From Thiotrichales bacterium (GTDB taxonomy: Bacteria; Pseudomonadota; Gammaproteobacteria; HK1), in assembly GCA_026709935.1 (NCBI GenBank), contig JAPOSC010000044.1:1911-65910 (forward strand): a DNA stretch of 64,000 bases. The letters run 5' to 3'. This document shows positions 21,719 through 32,672 of the stretch, one piece after another (the first letter of the stretch is position 1; each line of letters starts with the position of its first letter). The notes below the pieces were generated by a model. The model saw only the letters and a program-made list of their open reading frames with translations. It was not told where the DNA came from and searched no databases. The translations under genes and the position numbers were made by a program.

Positions 21719-22204
21719 ATGACGCTCAACCGTGTACACGCCAGACGGCTCGGCTTCGTTCTCGTGGTGCTGGCCGGAGTCTGGTTCGACCTCTCGCCCT
21801 GGGGGGCGCGGGTCGCGGACGCGGTGCTGGACCTGCAGCTTCTCGTGCTTGATGACCGGAGCCCGTCCGTGTCGGCCGGCGATGCCGCCGCGTCGCAGGT
21901 CGCGCCCGCAACGACCGCGCCGCGGCCGGAGCTTCGCCCGCTCTCGCCGGTGATGGCGACGAGCCTGGTGGTCATCGCCGCGCTGGTGTGGTGGGAATCC
22001 CGCCTGCTCGGCTGGGCGATCGCGTCGTCGGTGGTCGCGCTGGCGGCGTTGTTCGCGGTCTCGACGATGATGTTGCCGCGTGGCGTGCTGGTGCCCACCG
22101 CCGGCCCCGGGTTCGCGATCATCGCCGGGATGTTCGGCCGGCGCGCGCTCGAAGCCGTCATCGCGGCCCGCGACCGCCGCAACGGACACCGAGCGGCGCC
22201 GTAA
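21719..22204 (+). CDS. Hypothetical membrane protein (about 4 TM helices)
   Basis: ORF with one N-terminal and three C-terminal hydrophobic segments. Confidence 0.55.
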   Translation: MTLNRVHARRLGFVLVVLAGVWFDLSPWGARVADAVLDLQLLVLDDRSPSVSAGDAAASQVAPATTAPRPELRPLSPVMATSLVVIAALVWWESRLLGWAIASSVVALAALFAVSTMMLPRGVLVPTAGPGFAIIAGMFGRRALEAVIAARDRRNGHRAAP

Positions 22205-22292
22205 CGCCGCTGCGGGAGAGAGTCACCGTCAATGATGCCGGTGTCGGCGTCGAGAAGCGTCCGGACCCGGGCGTTATCCCGGCCGTGCGGAT

Positions 22293-22388
22293 TGGCGGAA
22301 GAGGGTGGGAGTCGAACCCACCAGACACGTGGTACGCGTCTCACCGGATTTGAAGTCCGAGCGCCCCACCGGGGTGCGATCCTCTTCC
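22293..22388 (-). tRNA. selC: tRNA-Sec (anticodon UCA)
   Basis: Minus strand ggaagagg...ggacttcaaatcc...long variable arm...ggttcgactcccaccctcttccgcca; 96 nt; adjacent to selB. Confidence 0.95.
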
Positions 22389-22415
22389 TCGGTCGTGTGT
22401 ATCCGCTGTCTCGGG

Positions 22416-24428
22416 TCAGTCGCCGGGGCCGTCCTCCGGGCCGAAGACCTCCGCCGCGGGCCGGCGGACCCGGCGGCGGTCGCCGAGGCGCTCCGTGAAG
22501 CCGCTGCGGTCGAAGAACTCCAGCAGCTCGATGGCGAAATTGCGCCCGATGCCCGCGTGGTTCTTGTACTCGGCCGCAGTGAAGCGCCCTTCGGACAACT
22601 CGTCCGCGAGGGACTCCGCGTACGCCGCCAGCGCGCTCACCGCGCCGAGCGGTACGAACCGGGTGCGGGTGACGGGCACCACCAGCCCCGCATTGGTCGC
22701 GCGTTTGAGCAGTGCGCCAAGCGCCGCCTCCTCGATCTTCAGTTCCTCGGCGGCCTGACGCAAGCTCGGCGGGCTGCCCTTCGCGGGATCGAGCGCATGG
22801 GCCACCCGCGGCCAGAGCCGTTCGTCGTTCGCACCGAGCGTGACCCGGTGCTCCGGGAGCCGGACGGTCACTCCGCGCCGGACGATGGTGCCGCGTTGCC
22901 GCAGCGAGGCGAGGGCGTGCTCGATGACGCCGTGGTCCACGCGGCGCGTGATTCCGAGCCGGATATCGTTCGTGTTCGCGCCGTGCAGCCGCGGGCGCTC
23001 GCGGTGGAAGACTTCCAGGAACGCCAGGACTTCGGCCTGAAGGCTCGCCCAGTGGACGGGCGAGAAGCACCGCTCGGCGCCGGCGTCCGGGGTCCGGACC
23101 GCGCCGGCGGCATCGAGGATGCGGTTCATCTCGGGGTCGGTGACGCCGAATGCGCGCCGGATCCAGCCGGTGCCCACCCCGGTTTCGGTGGATGCAAGCG
23201 CGCGGGTGACGGCCCCCGTCGGTCTCCCCGCGGTCTCGGACTCGATGCTCCGATCCGGAAGCCCGGCGGGAGCTTCGATGCCGCTGCGTTGCGGTCCGCG
23301 CATCTCGACCGCATCGAGCCAGGCGAGTCGATCCGGGCGGGCGCGCCCGCGTTTCGGGGAGAACGGGTCGATGACGGCGCCGCCGCCCATCGTGCGGGTC
23401 GCCGACTGGTCGCGGATGACGATGCGGTCGCCCGCGAGCGCATGCAGGGGACGGTCGAGCACGATCTGGACTTGCCCGCTCTCTCCCGGCGCGATGCTGC
23501 CCGCTCCCAGAACCGCGATCCGCGCCGTCGAATGCGCCGCTGCGAGGTGCGCGTGCACCGGTGTCCAGTGCCGTACCGCCCGCGGCTCGCCGGGGAGTAC
23601 GTGCAGACGTGCGTCGATGCGGTCGGTCGGGGCGTGCAGGGCGCGATCGACGATCCAGTTCCCGCGCGCGATGGCTCCGGAGCCGATATCGCGCCCCGCG
23701 AGGTTGAGGGCGCAGCGCTGGCCGGCGCGCGCATGATCGGCCGGCCGGTCCTGGGCATGGATGCTGCGGATACGGGCTTCAAGCCCTCTGGGGGTCACGA
23801 TCAGACGCTCCCCGGTGGCTGCGACCCCCGAGTGCACGGTCCCGGTGACCACGAGTCCCGACCCCTTGAGCATGAAGGCGCGGTCCACGCAGAGGCGGAA
23901 ACGGCCGTCCGCGGCCCGCGCCGCGAGGCCGAGAGCACGCTCGCGCAACGTCCGGGCGAGGGCTTCCACTCCGGCCCCGGACAGGGCCGAGATCCGGTGG
24001 ACCTCGGCGCCCCGCATGCCGGTGGCGGAGAGGAGGGCCTCGATCTCCTCGCCCACCTTGCCGACCCGCGCCGCGTCGACCTTGTCGACCTTGCTCACCA
24101 CTGCGATGCACTCGCTCACCCCGAGCAGGTCGAGGATCGCGGTGTGCTCGCGGGTCTGGGGCATCACCCCGTCATCTGCCGCCACCACTACCAGCGCGAG
24201 ATCGATGGCCCCCACGCCGGCCAGCATGTTGCGCACGAACCGTTCGTGTCCCGGGACGTCGACAAAGCCGAGCACGTGATCCGCATCGAGCGGGTGGTAC
24301 GCGAACCCGAGGTCGATGGTGAGTCCGCGCTGCTTCTCCTCCGGGAGGCGATCGGTATCGACCCCGGTGAGCGCCCGCACCAGCGCGGTCTTGCCGTGAT
24401 CGACGTGGCCGGCGGTGGCGACGATCAT
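22416..24428 (-). CDS. selB: Selenocysteine-specific elongation factor SelB
   Basis: [19 protein letters not shown]-terminal winged helix with [14 protein letters not shown]. Confidence 0.95.
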   Translation of the reverse strand: MIVATAGHVDHGKTALVRALTGVDTDRLPEEKQRGLTIDLGFAYHPLDADHVLGFVDVPGHERFVRNMLAGVGAIDLALVVVAADDGVMPQTREHTAILDLLGVSECIAVVSKVDKVDAARVGKVGEEIEALLSATGMRGAEVHRISALSGAGVEALARTLRERALGLAARAADGRFRLCVDRAFMLKGSGLVVTGTVHSGVAATGERLIVTPRGLEARIRSIHAQDRPADHARAGQRCALNLAGRDIGSGAIARGNWIVDRALHAPTDRIDARLHVLPGEPRAVRHWTPVHAHLAAAHSTARIAVLGAGSIAPGESGQVQIVLDRPLHALAGDRIVIRDQSATRTMGGGAVIDPFSPKRGRARPDRLAWLDAVEMRGPQRSGIEAPAGLPDRSIESETAGRPTGAVTRALASTETGVGTGWIRRAFGVTDPEMNRILDAAGAVRTPDAGAERCFSPVHWASLQAEVLAFLEVFHRERPRLHGANTNDIRLGITRRVDHGVIEHALASLRQRGTIVRRGVTVRLPEHRVTLGANDERLWPRVAHALDPAKGSPPSLRQAAEELKIEEAALGALLKRATNAGLVVPVTRTRFVPLGAVSALAAYAESLADELSEGRFTAAEYKNHAGIGRNFAIELLEFFDRSGFTERLGDRRRVRRPAAEVFGPEDGPGD

Positions 24429-24561
24429 GGCGCGGTCGGGCGGTCGGACAGCGCGAGGATGCCGGTGTTGTCGGGCCGGCGCCGGACGAAGGGGAGGAGG
24501 GTGGGTGGAATCGGAATGAACACCACTCGGCTCTCCTTGGCCCGGTCCTCGATGGAAACGG

Positions 24562-26001
24562 TCAAGGCGCCGCCAGACGATCGAGCTGGGTGACGAAGCC
24601 CGCCTCGTCGTCGAGGCAGCGCAGGTCGAGGGTGAGCGCGCCGTCGTTCACGCGCCCGATCACCGGGGCCGGCAGGGCGCGGAGCGCCGTTGCCAGCGCT
24701 TGCAGCTTCGACGAGCGTCCCCGCCGCCCCCCTCTGGCTCCCATCGATGGAACGCAGCGCAGCCCCGCGCTCGGCAGTCGATCGACGGGCAGGGCGCCGC
24801 TGCCGATCTGGCTGCGGCAGGCCACGACCTCTACCGACCAGCTGTCGCCGAGCCGTTCCGCGAGCCGGGGCCGGATCCGCTGCGCTTGCGCTTCGATCGA
24901 CCCGCGGGCACGGGTGAGCAGGCGGAGCGACGACAGGCTCTGCGCGAGCCGATCCGGGTCTTCATGGAGTGCGAGCACCGATTCCAGGGCGGCGAGGGTC
25001 ACCTTGTCCGGGCGGAGCGCCCGCATCAGGGGATTGCGCTTGAGTCGGGCGACGAGGTCCGCCCGTCCGGCGACGATGCCCGCCTGAGGACCGCCGAGCA
25101 GCTTGTCGCCGCTGAAGGTCACCAGGTCGACCCCGTCTCCGATCATCGCCCGCACCGTCGGTTCGGGTGGGAGGCCGTATGCGGTCATGTCGACGAGCGA
25201 GCCGCTGCCGAGATCGGAGACGAGCGGCAGGCCGTGCTCGCGGGCCAGCGCGGCGAGCGGCCGCTCGCCCACTGAGGCGGTGAACCCTTCGATCGCATAG
25301 TTGCTGGTGTGGATCTTCATCAGCAGGGCGGTGCGCGGACTGATAGCGGCCTCGTAGTCGCGCAGATGGGTGCGGTTGGTGGTGCCCACTTCCACGAGCC
25401 TGGCGCCTGCCCGCTTCATGATGTCGGGCATGCGGAAGGCGCCGCCGATCTCGATCAGCTCACCCCGGGACACCGGGACTTCCCGGCGCTTCGCCAGTGT
25501 GTCGAGGACCAGCAGCACCGCGGCCGCATTGTTGTTGACGACGATCGCGGCCTCGGCCGAGGTGAGCCGGCGGAGCCGCGGTTCGACGTGCCGGTGTCGG
25601 TCCCCGCGCCGTCCGGTCTCGAGGTCGAATTCCAGGTTGCTGGCGCCCCGCGCCACCGCGGTCATGGCCGCGATGGCCGGTTCCGGCAGCGGCGCCCGCC
25701 CCAGATTGGTGTGCAGCACCGTTCCCGTGAGGTTGAACAGAGGGACCAGCGACGGTGCGGTGACGGCCTGCACCCGGGCCGCGATGTCCGCCTCGATCCC
25801 CGCCGGATCGATGGAACGCCCGGCCGCGATTGCGGCCCGCGCCCGGTCGAGCGCCCGGCGCACCGCTTCGAGCACGAGCGGACGGCCATGGCGATGGACA
25901 AGGGACGCCATCGCGTACTCGGCGAGCAGCCGATCCACGGAAGGAAGCCCGGAGGGAGACGAAATCGGAGACACGGGTGAAGAGTGCGAAAGCGTGGTCA
26001 C
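24562..26001 (-). CDS. selA: L-seryl-tRNA(Sec) selenium transferase SelA
   Basis: NLTGTVLHTNLGRA, VNNNAAAVLL, EVGTTNRTH and FSGDKLLGGPQAG motifs. Confidence 0.95.
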   Translation of the reverse strand: MTTLSHSSPVSPISSPSGLPSVDRLLAEYAMASLVHRHGRPLVLEAVRRALDRARAAIAAGRSIDPAGIEADIAARVQAVTAPSLVPLFNLTGTVLHTNLGRAPLPEPAIAAMTAVARGASNLEFDLETGRRGDRHRHVEPRLRRLTSAEAAIVVNNNAAAVLLVLDTLAKRREVPVSRGELIEIGGAFRMPDIMKRAGARLVEVGTTNRTHLRDYEAAISPRTALLMKIHTSNYAIEGFTASVGERPLAALAREHGLPLVSDLGSGSLVDMTAYGLPPEPTVRAMIGDGVDLVTFSGDKLLGGPQAGIVAGRADLVARLKRNPLMRALRPDKVTLAALESVLALHEDPDRLAQSLSSLRLLTRARGSIEAQAQRIRPRLAERLGDSWSVEVVACRSQIGSGALPVDRLPSAGLRCVPSMGARGGRRGRSSKLQALATALRALPAPVIGRVNDGALTLDLRCLDDEAGFVTQLDRLAAP

Positions 26002-26161
26002 GGAGGAGGTGGCATCGTACTGGACGGGACGCTTCGCTTGAACCGCCCAGGATCATTCCACGCCCAGGATCATCGACGACCCCGCCGGCGATGCCATTCC
26101 CGCGCTTGCAAGGGTATTGCTCCGTTCAGGCGGGTCCCGGCCGGGCCGCTCGGTCGGACTT

Positions 26162-27343
26162 TCACAGCAGGGACAGTTGACCGGTCTCCGGGAGGGGTGG
26201 GGTGAATCCCGAGGGGTCGAGGGCGGGAAAGCCGGGGAACTCCAGGCGCTGCACCGCGAGCCGGAACCGCTTCGCGATCAGCTCTGCGACCGGCCCGGTG
26301 CCCCGCATGCGCCGACCGAATGTCGAGTCGTAGTCCTTGCCTCCGCGCATGTCGCGGACCCGCTCCATCACCCGCCCGGCCCGATCGGGGTAGTGCTCCG
26401 CGAGCCATTCGCGGAACAGGTCCGCGATCTCCAGCGGCAGACGGAGCATGGTGTAGCTCGCGCCGAGTGCACCGGCCGCGCGGGCGTGCTCGAGGATGGA
26501 CTCCAGCTCCGCGTCGTTCACGAACGGGATCATGGGAGCCGCCATCACCCCGGTCGGGATTCCAGCCCCGGTCAGTCGGCGGATGGTCTCCAGCCGCCGG
26601 TGCGGAGCGGACGCGCGCGGCTCCATGCGCCGCGAGAGGGAACGGTCCAGGGTGGTCACGCTCACCGCGACGCTGCAACGGTTGGCCTTCGCCATCGCGC
26701 CGAGGATGTCGAGGTCACGTTCCACCCGTGCGGACTTGGTGACGATCATCACCGGGTGTCCGCACTCGGCCAGCACTTCGAGCACCGCGCGGGTGATCCC
26801 GAGGTCGCGCTCCACCGGCTGGTAGGGGTCGGTGTTCGAGCCCAGCGCGATGGGGGCGCAGGCGTAGCCGGGTTTGCCGAGCTCCGCGCGCAGCCGCGCC
26901 GCCGCATCGGGTTTGAACACCAGCCGGGTCTCGAAGTCGAGACCCGGGGAATAACCGAGGTACGCATGGCTCGGCCGTGCATAGCAGTAGATGCACCCGT
27001 GCTCGCAGCCGCGATACGGATTGACGGAGCGGTCGAAGGGGAGGTCCGGCGAGTCGTTCCAGGCGATGATGGTCCGGGTCGCGTCGGGGATGAGGGTGGT
27101 GCGGAGCTTCGGCGGCGGGATGTCGTCCGGGTCCCATTCCCACTCCTTGTGGCCGTCATGCGCTTCCGTCCGAAGGTCGTCCCGGTCGCGTTTCAGGTCA
27201 CGTTCCTGGCCGAGCTCCTGGCCGTTGCTCCAGCCGTCGTCGAACTCTTCTCGTACGAGCTGCTCGAACCGGCCGCTCGCATTGCTGAGCGCGCCGCGTC
27301 CCCGGTGGATTGACGTCCCGCGAGGTGGCGTCACGAGTCGCAT
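26162..27343 (-). CDS. PA0069/Rv2578c-family radical SAM protein
   Basis: GRGA.SN..GRFE, NPYRGCEHGCIYCYAR and TDPYQPVER motifs. Confidence 0.88.
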   Translation of the reverse strand: MRLVTPPRGTSIHRGRGALSNASGRFEQLVREEFDDGWSNGQELGQERDLKRDRDDLRTEAHDGHKEWEWDPDDIPPPKLRTTLIPDATRTIIAWNDSPDLPFDRSVNPYRGCEHGCIYCYARPSHAYLGYSPGLDFETRLVFKPDAAARLRAELGKPGYACAPIALGSNTDPYQPVERDLGITRAVLEVLAECGHPVMIVTKSARVERDLDILGAMAKANRCSVAVSVTTLDRSLSRRMEPRASAPHRRLETIRRLTGAGIPTGVMAAPMIPFVNDAELESILEHARAAGALGASYTMLRLPLEIADLFREWLAEHYPDRAGRVMERVRDMRGGKDYDSTFGRRMRGTGPVAELIAKRFRLAVQRLEFPGFPALDPSGFTPPLPETGQLSLL

Positions 27344-27517
27344 CTCCCGTGCATACGGTGCCGCACCGAGGCGGCGGAGCATCGGATGCCGTCCTCGTTC
27401 ATCTGCCGGATGTCGGATGACGCCTGCGGCCGATCCGACCGGCGGGCTTGCCCGCCTCGCTCGGCGCTTGCCGCCGGTCCATGCCCACTACCCGAGCCGA
27501 GGTCACGCGTCTGTTCA

Positions 27518-28171
27518 TCAGATGCGTTCGACGCCCTTGGCCGTGCCGATCAGCACCATGTCCGCGCCGCGGCGCGCGAACAGGCCGTTGGCGACAATGC
27601 CGGCAATCTGGTTCAGTTCGGATTCGAGCGTCGGCGGGTCCAGAATGTCGAGGCCGTGCACGTCCAGGATCTCGTTGCCGTTGTCGGTGACGAAACCCTC
27701 GCGTCGTTCGGGGCGGCCGCCGAGCCGCACGAGGGCGCGGGCGACGAGGCTGCGCGCCATGGGGATGACCTCGACGGGCAGCGGAAACCGGCCGAGCCGG
27801 TCCACGATCTTGGAATCGTCCACGACGCAGACGAATGTTCCCGCCGCCGCGGCCACGATCTTCTCGCGGGTGAGCGCCCCGCCGCCGCCCTTGACGAGAT
27901 GCCGGTGCCGGGTGGCTTCGTCGGCGCCGTCCACGTAGACCGGCAGGTTCCCGGCCGAGTTGAGCTCGACGACACGGATGCCGTGTTCGGCGAGTCGCGC
28001 CGCCGTCGCCTTCGAACTCGCGACCGCACCGTCGATGCGTCCCCGGGCGGTCGCCAGCGCGTCGATGAACGCGTTGGCGGTGGAGCCGGTGCCGACTCCC
28101 ACCAGCTCGCCGGGGACCACGAACTCCAGCGCCGCTTCCGCGACCGCGCGCTTCTTTGCGTCCTGGCTCAT
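27518..28171 (-). CDS. rpiA: Ribose-5-phosphate isomerase A
   Basis: GVGTGST, DGADE and [11 protein letters not shown] motifs. Confidence 0.96.
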   Translation of the reverse strand: MSQDAKKRAVAEAALEFVVPGELVGVGTGSTANAFIDALATARGRIDGAVASSKATAARLAEHGIRVVELNSAGNLPVYVDGADEATRHRHLVKGGGGALTREKIVAAAAGTFVCVVDDSKIVDRLGRFPLPVEVIPMARSLVARALVRLGGRPERREGFVTDNGNEILDVHGLDILDPPTLESELNQIAGIVANGLFARRGADMVLIGTAKGVERI

Positions 28172-28410
28172 CGAACCTCTCCCGCCGTGTTCTCCTTGCG
28201 GAGACAGTGACCCACTTCAGACCCTCTGTCCGGTGTCCTCGGCCTGCATGCACGGGGTTTCCCCGGAGAGTTCAGGAGTCGAAGCCAGGACCCTGTCCCT
28301 GCGGATTCGCGGGTGCCGCCGGGCGGCTCAGCCGCTATGATTCACCACCGCTTCCGCCGAACGCACTGCCCCCGTTCTCCCCAATCCACCCCAGTCCACC
28401 CCTTGGATCC

Positions 28411-29928
28411 ATGCCCCGCGATTACGTCACGAAGATCCTCAAGGCGCGTGTCTACGACGTGGCCCGCGAGACGCCGCTGGAGCTGGCCCCGAAGCTCTCC
28501 TCCCGGCTCGGCAGCGAAGTCTGGCTCAAGCGCGAGGACCTTCAGCCGGTATTCTCGTTCAAGGTTCGAGGCGCCTACAACAAGCTCGCGTCGCTCTCCG
28601 CGCCGGAACGCGCGCAGGGGGTCATCGCGTCCTCCGCCGGCAATCACGCGCAGGGCGTGGCGCTCGCCGCGCGCCGGCTGGGAGTGCGCGCCCTCATCGT
28701 CATGCCGGAAACGGCACCGCGCATCAAGGTGGAGGCGGTCGAACGGCTCGGGGCGGAGGTGGTGCTCGCGGGGGAATCGTACGACGGGGCGAAGGAGCGG
28801 GCGGAACGGCTCGCGGCCGAACGCGGGATGGTCTTCATTCCGCCGTTCGACGATGAGCACGTCATCGCCGGGCAGGGCACGGTGGGGATGGAGATCGTGC
28901 GTCAGCAGGGCGAGCCGTTCGACGCGGTGTTCGTCGAAGTCGGAGGCGGCGGCCTCATCGCCGGCATTGCCGCCTACATCAAGACGCTGTGGCCGCAGAC
29001 CCGCATCGTCGGCGTCGAGCCCGAGGACACCCCGACCCTGCACGCGGCGCTGGCGGCGGGGGAGCGGGTGGTCCTGGAGCAGGTCGGAATCTTCGCCGAC
29101 GGGGTGGCGGTGAAACAGATCGGGGCGGAGCCGTTCCGGATCGCGCGCACTTGCGTCGACGAGGTGGTGCTGGTCTCCACCGACGAGATCTGCGCCGCGA
29201 TCAAGGATATCTTCGAAGACACCCGATCCATCGCGGAGCCGGCCGGCGCGCTCGCGGTGGCGGGCCTGAAGCGCTGGGTCGATCGCGAGGGGTCCGCGGG
29301 CCGAAGGTTCGCGGCGGTGGTGAGCGGCGCCAACGTGAATTTCGACCGCCTGCGTCACATCGCCGAGCGAGCTCAACTCGGCGAGCAGCGCGAGAGCCTG
29401 CTCGCGGTGACCATCCCCGAACGCCCCGGAAGCCTGCGTCGGTTCTGCGAGCTCGTCGGCAACCGCGCGATCACCGAGTTCAACTACCGCTACTCCGACG
29501 TGGCGGACGCGCACATCTTCGTCGGAGTGGAGATCCGCGAGCCCGCGGCCGACAAGGAAGGACTCGTCAATGCGCTGGAGAGCGACGGCTACCCCGTGCT
29601 CGATCTCACCGACAACGAGATGGCCAAGCTCCACGTGCGCTACATGGTGGGCGGACACGCCCCCCGGGATCTCGACGAAGTCCTGTACCGTTTCGACTTC
29701 CCCGAGCGTCCGGGCGCGCTGATGCATTTCCTGTCCCGCATGGGTGCCAGGCCCTGGAACATCAGCATGTTCCATTACCGCAACCACGGCTCCGCCTACG
29801 GCCGGGTGCTGATGGGTCTGCAGGTGCCGGAGGCCGAGCGCGGCGAATTCCAGTCGTTTCTCGACGAGGTGGGCTACGAGTACCGGGAAGAGACGGAGAA
29901 TCCGGCGTACCGGCTGTTCCTGCGCTGA
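28411..29928 (+). CDS. ilvA: Threonine ammonia-lyase, biosynthetic
   Basis: KREDLQPVFSFKVRGAYN and SAGNHAQG motifs; two ACT-like C-terminal domains. Confidence 0.96.
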   Translation: MPRDYVTKILKARVYDVARETPLELAPKLSSRLGSEVWLKREDLQPVFSFKVRGAYNKLASLSAPERAQGVIASSAGNHAQGVALAARRLGVRALIVMPETAPRIKVEAVERLGAEVVLAGESYDGAKERAERLAAERGMVFIPPFDDEHVIAGQGTVGMEIVRQQGEPFDAVFVEVGGGGLIAGIAAYIKTLWPQTRIVGVEPEDTPTLHAALAAGERVVLEQVGIFADGVAVKQIGAEPFRIARTCVDEVVLVSTDEICAAIKDIFEDTRSIAEPAGALAVAGLKRWVDREGSAGRRFAAVVSGANVNFDRLRHIAERAQLGEQRESLLAVTIPERPGSLRRFCELVGNRAITEFNYRYSDVADAHIFVGVEIREPAADKEGLVNALESDGYPVLDLTDNEMAKLHVRYMVGGHAPRDLDEVLYRFDFPERPGALMHFLSRMGARPWNISMFHYRNHGSAYGRVLMGLQVPEAERGEFQSFLDEVGYEYREETENPAYRLFLR

Positions 29929-29969
29929 GGGGTGTGTGCCTGCGGGGGTGTGCGCCTGCGCAGTGACGG

Positions 29970-30176
29970 TCAGGTGACCTTGCGGCCGGTAATGGCCTCG
30001 CGCAGGCCCTCCAGCAGCCCTTCGAGCTTCGCCATGCGTTCCCGGAGCTGTCCGATTTCCGCGTGTACCTGGTTCAGCTCGGTCCGGAGTTCGGCCCGGA
30101 GCTGCCGATTCGATGCGGCGATTGCTACGAGGATCACGACCCCGGTGCCGATCACCGTCCACGCTTCAGGAGTCAT
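29970..30176 (-). CDS. Small TM + coiled-coil protein
   Basis: N-terminal hydrophobic helix, heptads, RERMAKLEGLLEG motif shared with 54965-55168. Confidence 0.7.
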   Translation of the reverse strand: MTPEAWTVIGTGVVILVAIAASNRQLRAELRTELNQVHAEIGQLRERMAKLEGLLEGLREAITGRKVT

Positions 30177-30348
30177 CGCTCTGGTCTTCCCGTTGATTGT
30201 GTCGGGTGATGGTACGCCAGCCTCACCCGGGGATGTCCAGCGATTTGGGATGGCCTGGAGCGATTCCGTTGTGGGCGTTCCGCGCTCTCGATGTAGGCCA
30301 ATGCCGCAGTTCGAGCCCGGCCGTCCCTGTGAGAACGATCGATCCGCG

Positions 30349-30807
30349 TCATTCCAGCGACAGGATGTGGTCCCACTCCTCGGTGCTTACCGGCATCACC
30401 GAGAGCCGGTTGCCCCGACGCACCAGCGCCATGCCCCCAAGCGCCGCCTGCGCCTTCAGCTCGGCGAGGGTGATGGTGCGGCGGAGCTTGCGTTCGAACT
30501 TCACATCGACGAGGTACCAGCGCGGGTGGTCGGGGTCGCTCTTCGGATCGTGGTGCTTGTCCGCAGGGTCGAAGGCGGTGGGGTCCGGATAGCCTTCGCG
30601 CGCGATCCGGGCGGTGCCGACCACCCCGGGCACGTCGCAATTCGAGTGGTAGATGAACACGCCATCGCCCCGCTTCATCTCGTCGCGCATCATGTTGCGG
30701 GCCTGGTAGTTGCGGACCCCGTCCCAGGGCTCGGTCTGGTCGGGGCAGTTCGCGAAATCGTCGATGCCGAACTCGCTCGGCTCGGTCTTCATCAGCCAGT
30801 AACGCAT
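30349..30807 (-). CDS. EVE domain protein
   Basis: YWLMKTEP, WDGVRNYQARN and NRLSVMPV motifs. Confidence 0.92.
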   Translation of the reverse strand: MRYWLMKTEPSEFGIDDFANCPDQTEPWDGVRNYQARNMMRDEMKRGDGVFIYHSNCDVPGVVGTARIAREGYPDPTAFDPADKHHDPKSDPDHPRWYLVDVKFERKLRRTITLAELKAQAALGGMALVRRGNRLSVMPVSTEEWDHILSLE

Positions 30808-31042
30808 GGGTCGGGCGCTCTGTCGGGCCGCGGGCGCGGTGTCTCCGGAATTGTAGCGGCTGAAGGCGAAGATGCAGGATGCCGGCCCCTCCCGAATGCC
30901 GGTCTCTCGCGATCAGCAATTCCCGCCACGCCGGAACACGCTCTCGGAAGCGCCCCGCTCGGCCGCACCGGAGGTCGAGACATTGCGGGAATCTCGTCGC
31001 AGGACGGCGTCCCGGGGAATCGCGGGAATAGTCGCCTCGCTA

Positions 31043-31627
31043 TTACGGAATGCGGACGGCGCGGTCGGTGACGACGGCGTCGAGGGGAATGTCCCAGTCG
31101 GCGGCATGGAGGGCGTCCACGCGCTGGATTTCGTAGGCCACTCCGATCCGCTTCGGCCTCGGCCATGCGTGGCGGCGCACTGCTTCGAACGTGCGGTCGT
31201 AGTACCCCCCACCCATCCCCAGGCGATTCCCGCGTTCGTCGAACGCGACCAGGGGAAACAGCACCAGATCGAGGAACAACGGGCGGATGCGACGGCGGGC
31301 CGGCGCCACCGGCTCCGGGATCGAGAAGCGGTTCTCGGCGAGCACGCTGCGGGCGTGGAACGGGAGAAACCAGAGCCGGGGGCCGAAGAGCCGCGGGAGG
31401 TAGGTGCGTTTGCCCATCGCCCACGCCCGTTCGACGAGCCGGGAGAGATCGATCTCTGCGTCGTTCGGGAGATAGACGGCGATGGTTCGGCTGTTGCGGA
31501 ACCAGCGAGTGCGGGCGAGACGGGCCGCCAGTGCCCGCGCCGCGGCGCGCCGCTCCGGTCCGGTCAATGAGCGTCGCCTCCGACGGATCTCGCGGCGCAG
31601 CGCCCGGCGTTCGGCCGGTGTCTCCAT
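31043..31627 (-). CDS. ygfA: 5-formyltetrahydrofolate cyclo-ligase
   Basis: PLVAFD.RGNRLGMGGGYYDR motif; lies downstream of 6S RNA. Confidence 0.93.
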   Translation of the reverse strand: METPAERRALRREIRRRRRSLTGPERRAAARALAARLARTRWFRNSRTIAVYLPNDAEIDLSRLVERAWAMGKRTYLPRLFGPRLWFLPFHARSVLAENRFSIPEPVAPARRRIRPLFLDLVLFPLVAFDERGNRLGMGGGYYDRTFEAVRRHAWPRPKRIGVAYEIQRVDALHAADWDIPLDAVVTDRAVRIP

Positions 31628-31839
31628 CCTCCGCGTCTCTTCCTGCGATCGGGTAGGGGTGGATGGGGGGTGCGGGCCGGCCGACGCACAGCGATTCCCG
31701 CCGACGCCCCGAGAGGCCGCCACGCGATGCGGTCCCGACAAGATTTCCGCCTTCGGAGCGTTCATCCGGGGCGATTTTCGGGGCGATTTCGAGCGCATGA
31801 GCCGGCCTGGTGGGAATTGCTTGCCGACGCAGTGAAAAT

Positions 31840-32019
31840 GACGCACCCCGTTGGCGCCGTAGTGCGCGATGACCTCTGAACCACTCGGGTTCAGGGGGGC
31901 GCCTGGCGGCACGCTTCAGGCTTTCCGCTTCTCGGGCGGACCTGCACAACGGCATGCCGTTCGGCTCCCGGCAGTATGAAATCAGGCTCGAGAGGTTGCA
32001 GGCGCACTCTCGCACACCA
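31840..32019 (-). ncRNA. ssrS: 6S RNA
   Basis: About 180-nt rod: gacgcccccgtggtgtgcg... pairs with ...cgcgcactacggcgccaacggggtgcgtc; cctgaacc...ggttcag arm; canonical position between zapA and ygfA. Confidence 0.88.
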
Positions 32020-32157
32020 CGGGGGCGTCGAAATCAGTCTAATGGGAAGTCCTTGCCTCTCACAACCCGAATTCCGGGGCTCGGGCGGTGTGAAACCGGG
32101 TGATGGATTTCCGTCTGCGCGGCGATGCGGTCGGGCTCGCCCGGAAATTTCACCGAG

Positions 32158-32466
32158 CTAGACGTCCTCGCGGCGACCGATTGCCGCATCGAGCTTTGCC
32201 TCGAGTTGAATGACCTTGTTCCGCACCGTGTCGAGTGCACCGGTCTGCTTCGATGTCGTCTGCTCGCGTTCGTGGATCACGTTGAGCGCGGCCATCACCG
32301 CCATGCGCTCGGCTCCCAGCACCTTGGTGCCCCCCCGCATGTCCTGCATGCGCTGGTTCAGCTCGCCTGCCGCCGCGACCAGACTCTCGCGTTCCTCCGG
32401 CGGGCACGCGATCCGGTAGTCCTTGTCCAGGATTCGTACGTTGAGCACTTCTCGCTCGTCGCTCAC
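32158..32466 (-). CDS. zapA: Cell division protein ZapA
   Basis: VRILDKDYRIACP and ERMAVMAALN motifs. Confidence 0.92.
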   Translation of the reverse strand: MSDEREVLNVRILDKDYRIACPPEERESLVAAAGELNQRMQDMRGGTKVLGAERMAVMAALNVIHEREQTTSKQTGALDTVRNKVIQLEAKLDAAIGRREDV

Positions 32467-32672
32467 GTGCCGGTCTCCATGCCCCGCAGGCGGGTGATCA
32501 TCGCCTCGACCCGCGACCGCGCCAGCTCGGATTTCTCCACCAGGGTTGCGCGCTCCGCGATCAGGCTGTTCTGCTGATCGCGCAGGGCACGGTTTTCGTC
32601 CTCGAGCCTCTCGCAGATTCGGATGAGCCGATCGATCTTTTCTTCGAGCGTCCTTGTGTCGAGAGTGTCCAT
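32463..32672 (-). CDS. TIGR02449/ZapB-like coiled-coil protein
   Basis: LEEKIDRLI...ERATLVEKSELARSRVEAMITRL; upstream of zapA. Confidence 0.85.
   Translation of the reverse strand: MDTLDTRTLEEKIDRLIRICERLEDENRALRDQQNSLIAERATLVEKSELARSRVEAMITRLRGMETGT

Noticed and set aside
14498-22293. Genomic island integrated at tRNA-Sec
   Set aside because: No integrase, no duplicated tRNA 3' end seen, and GC similar to the host
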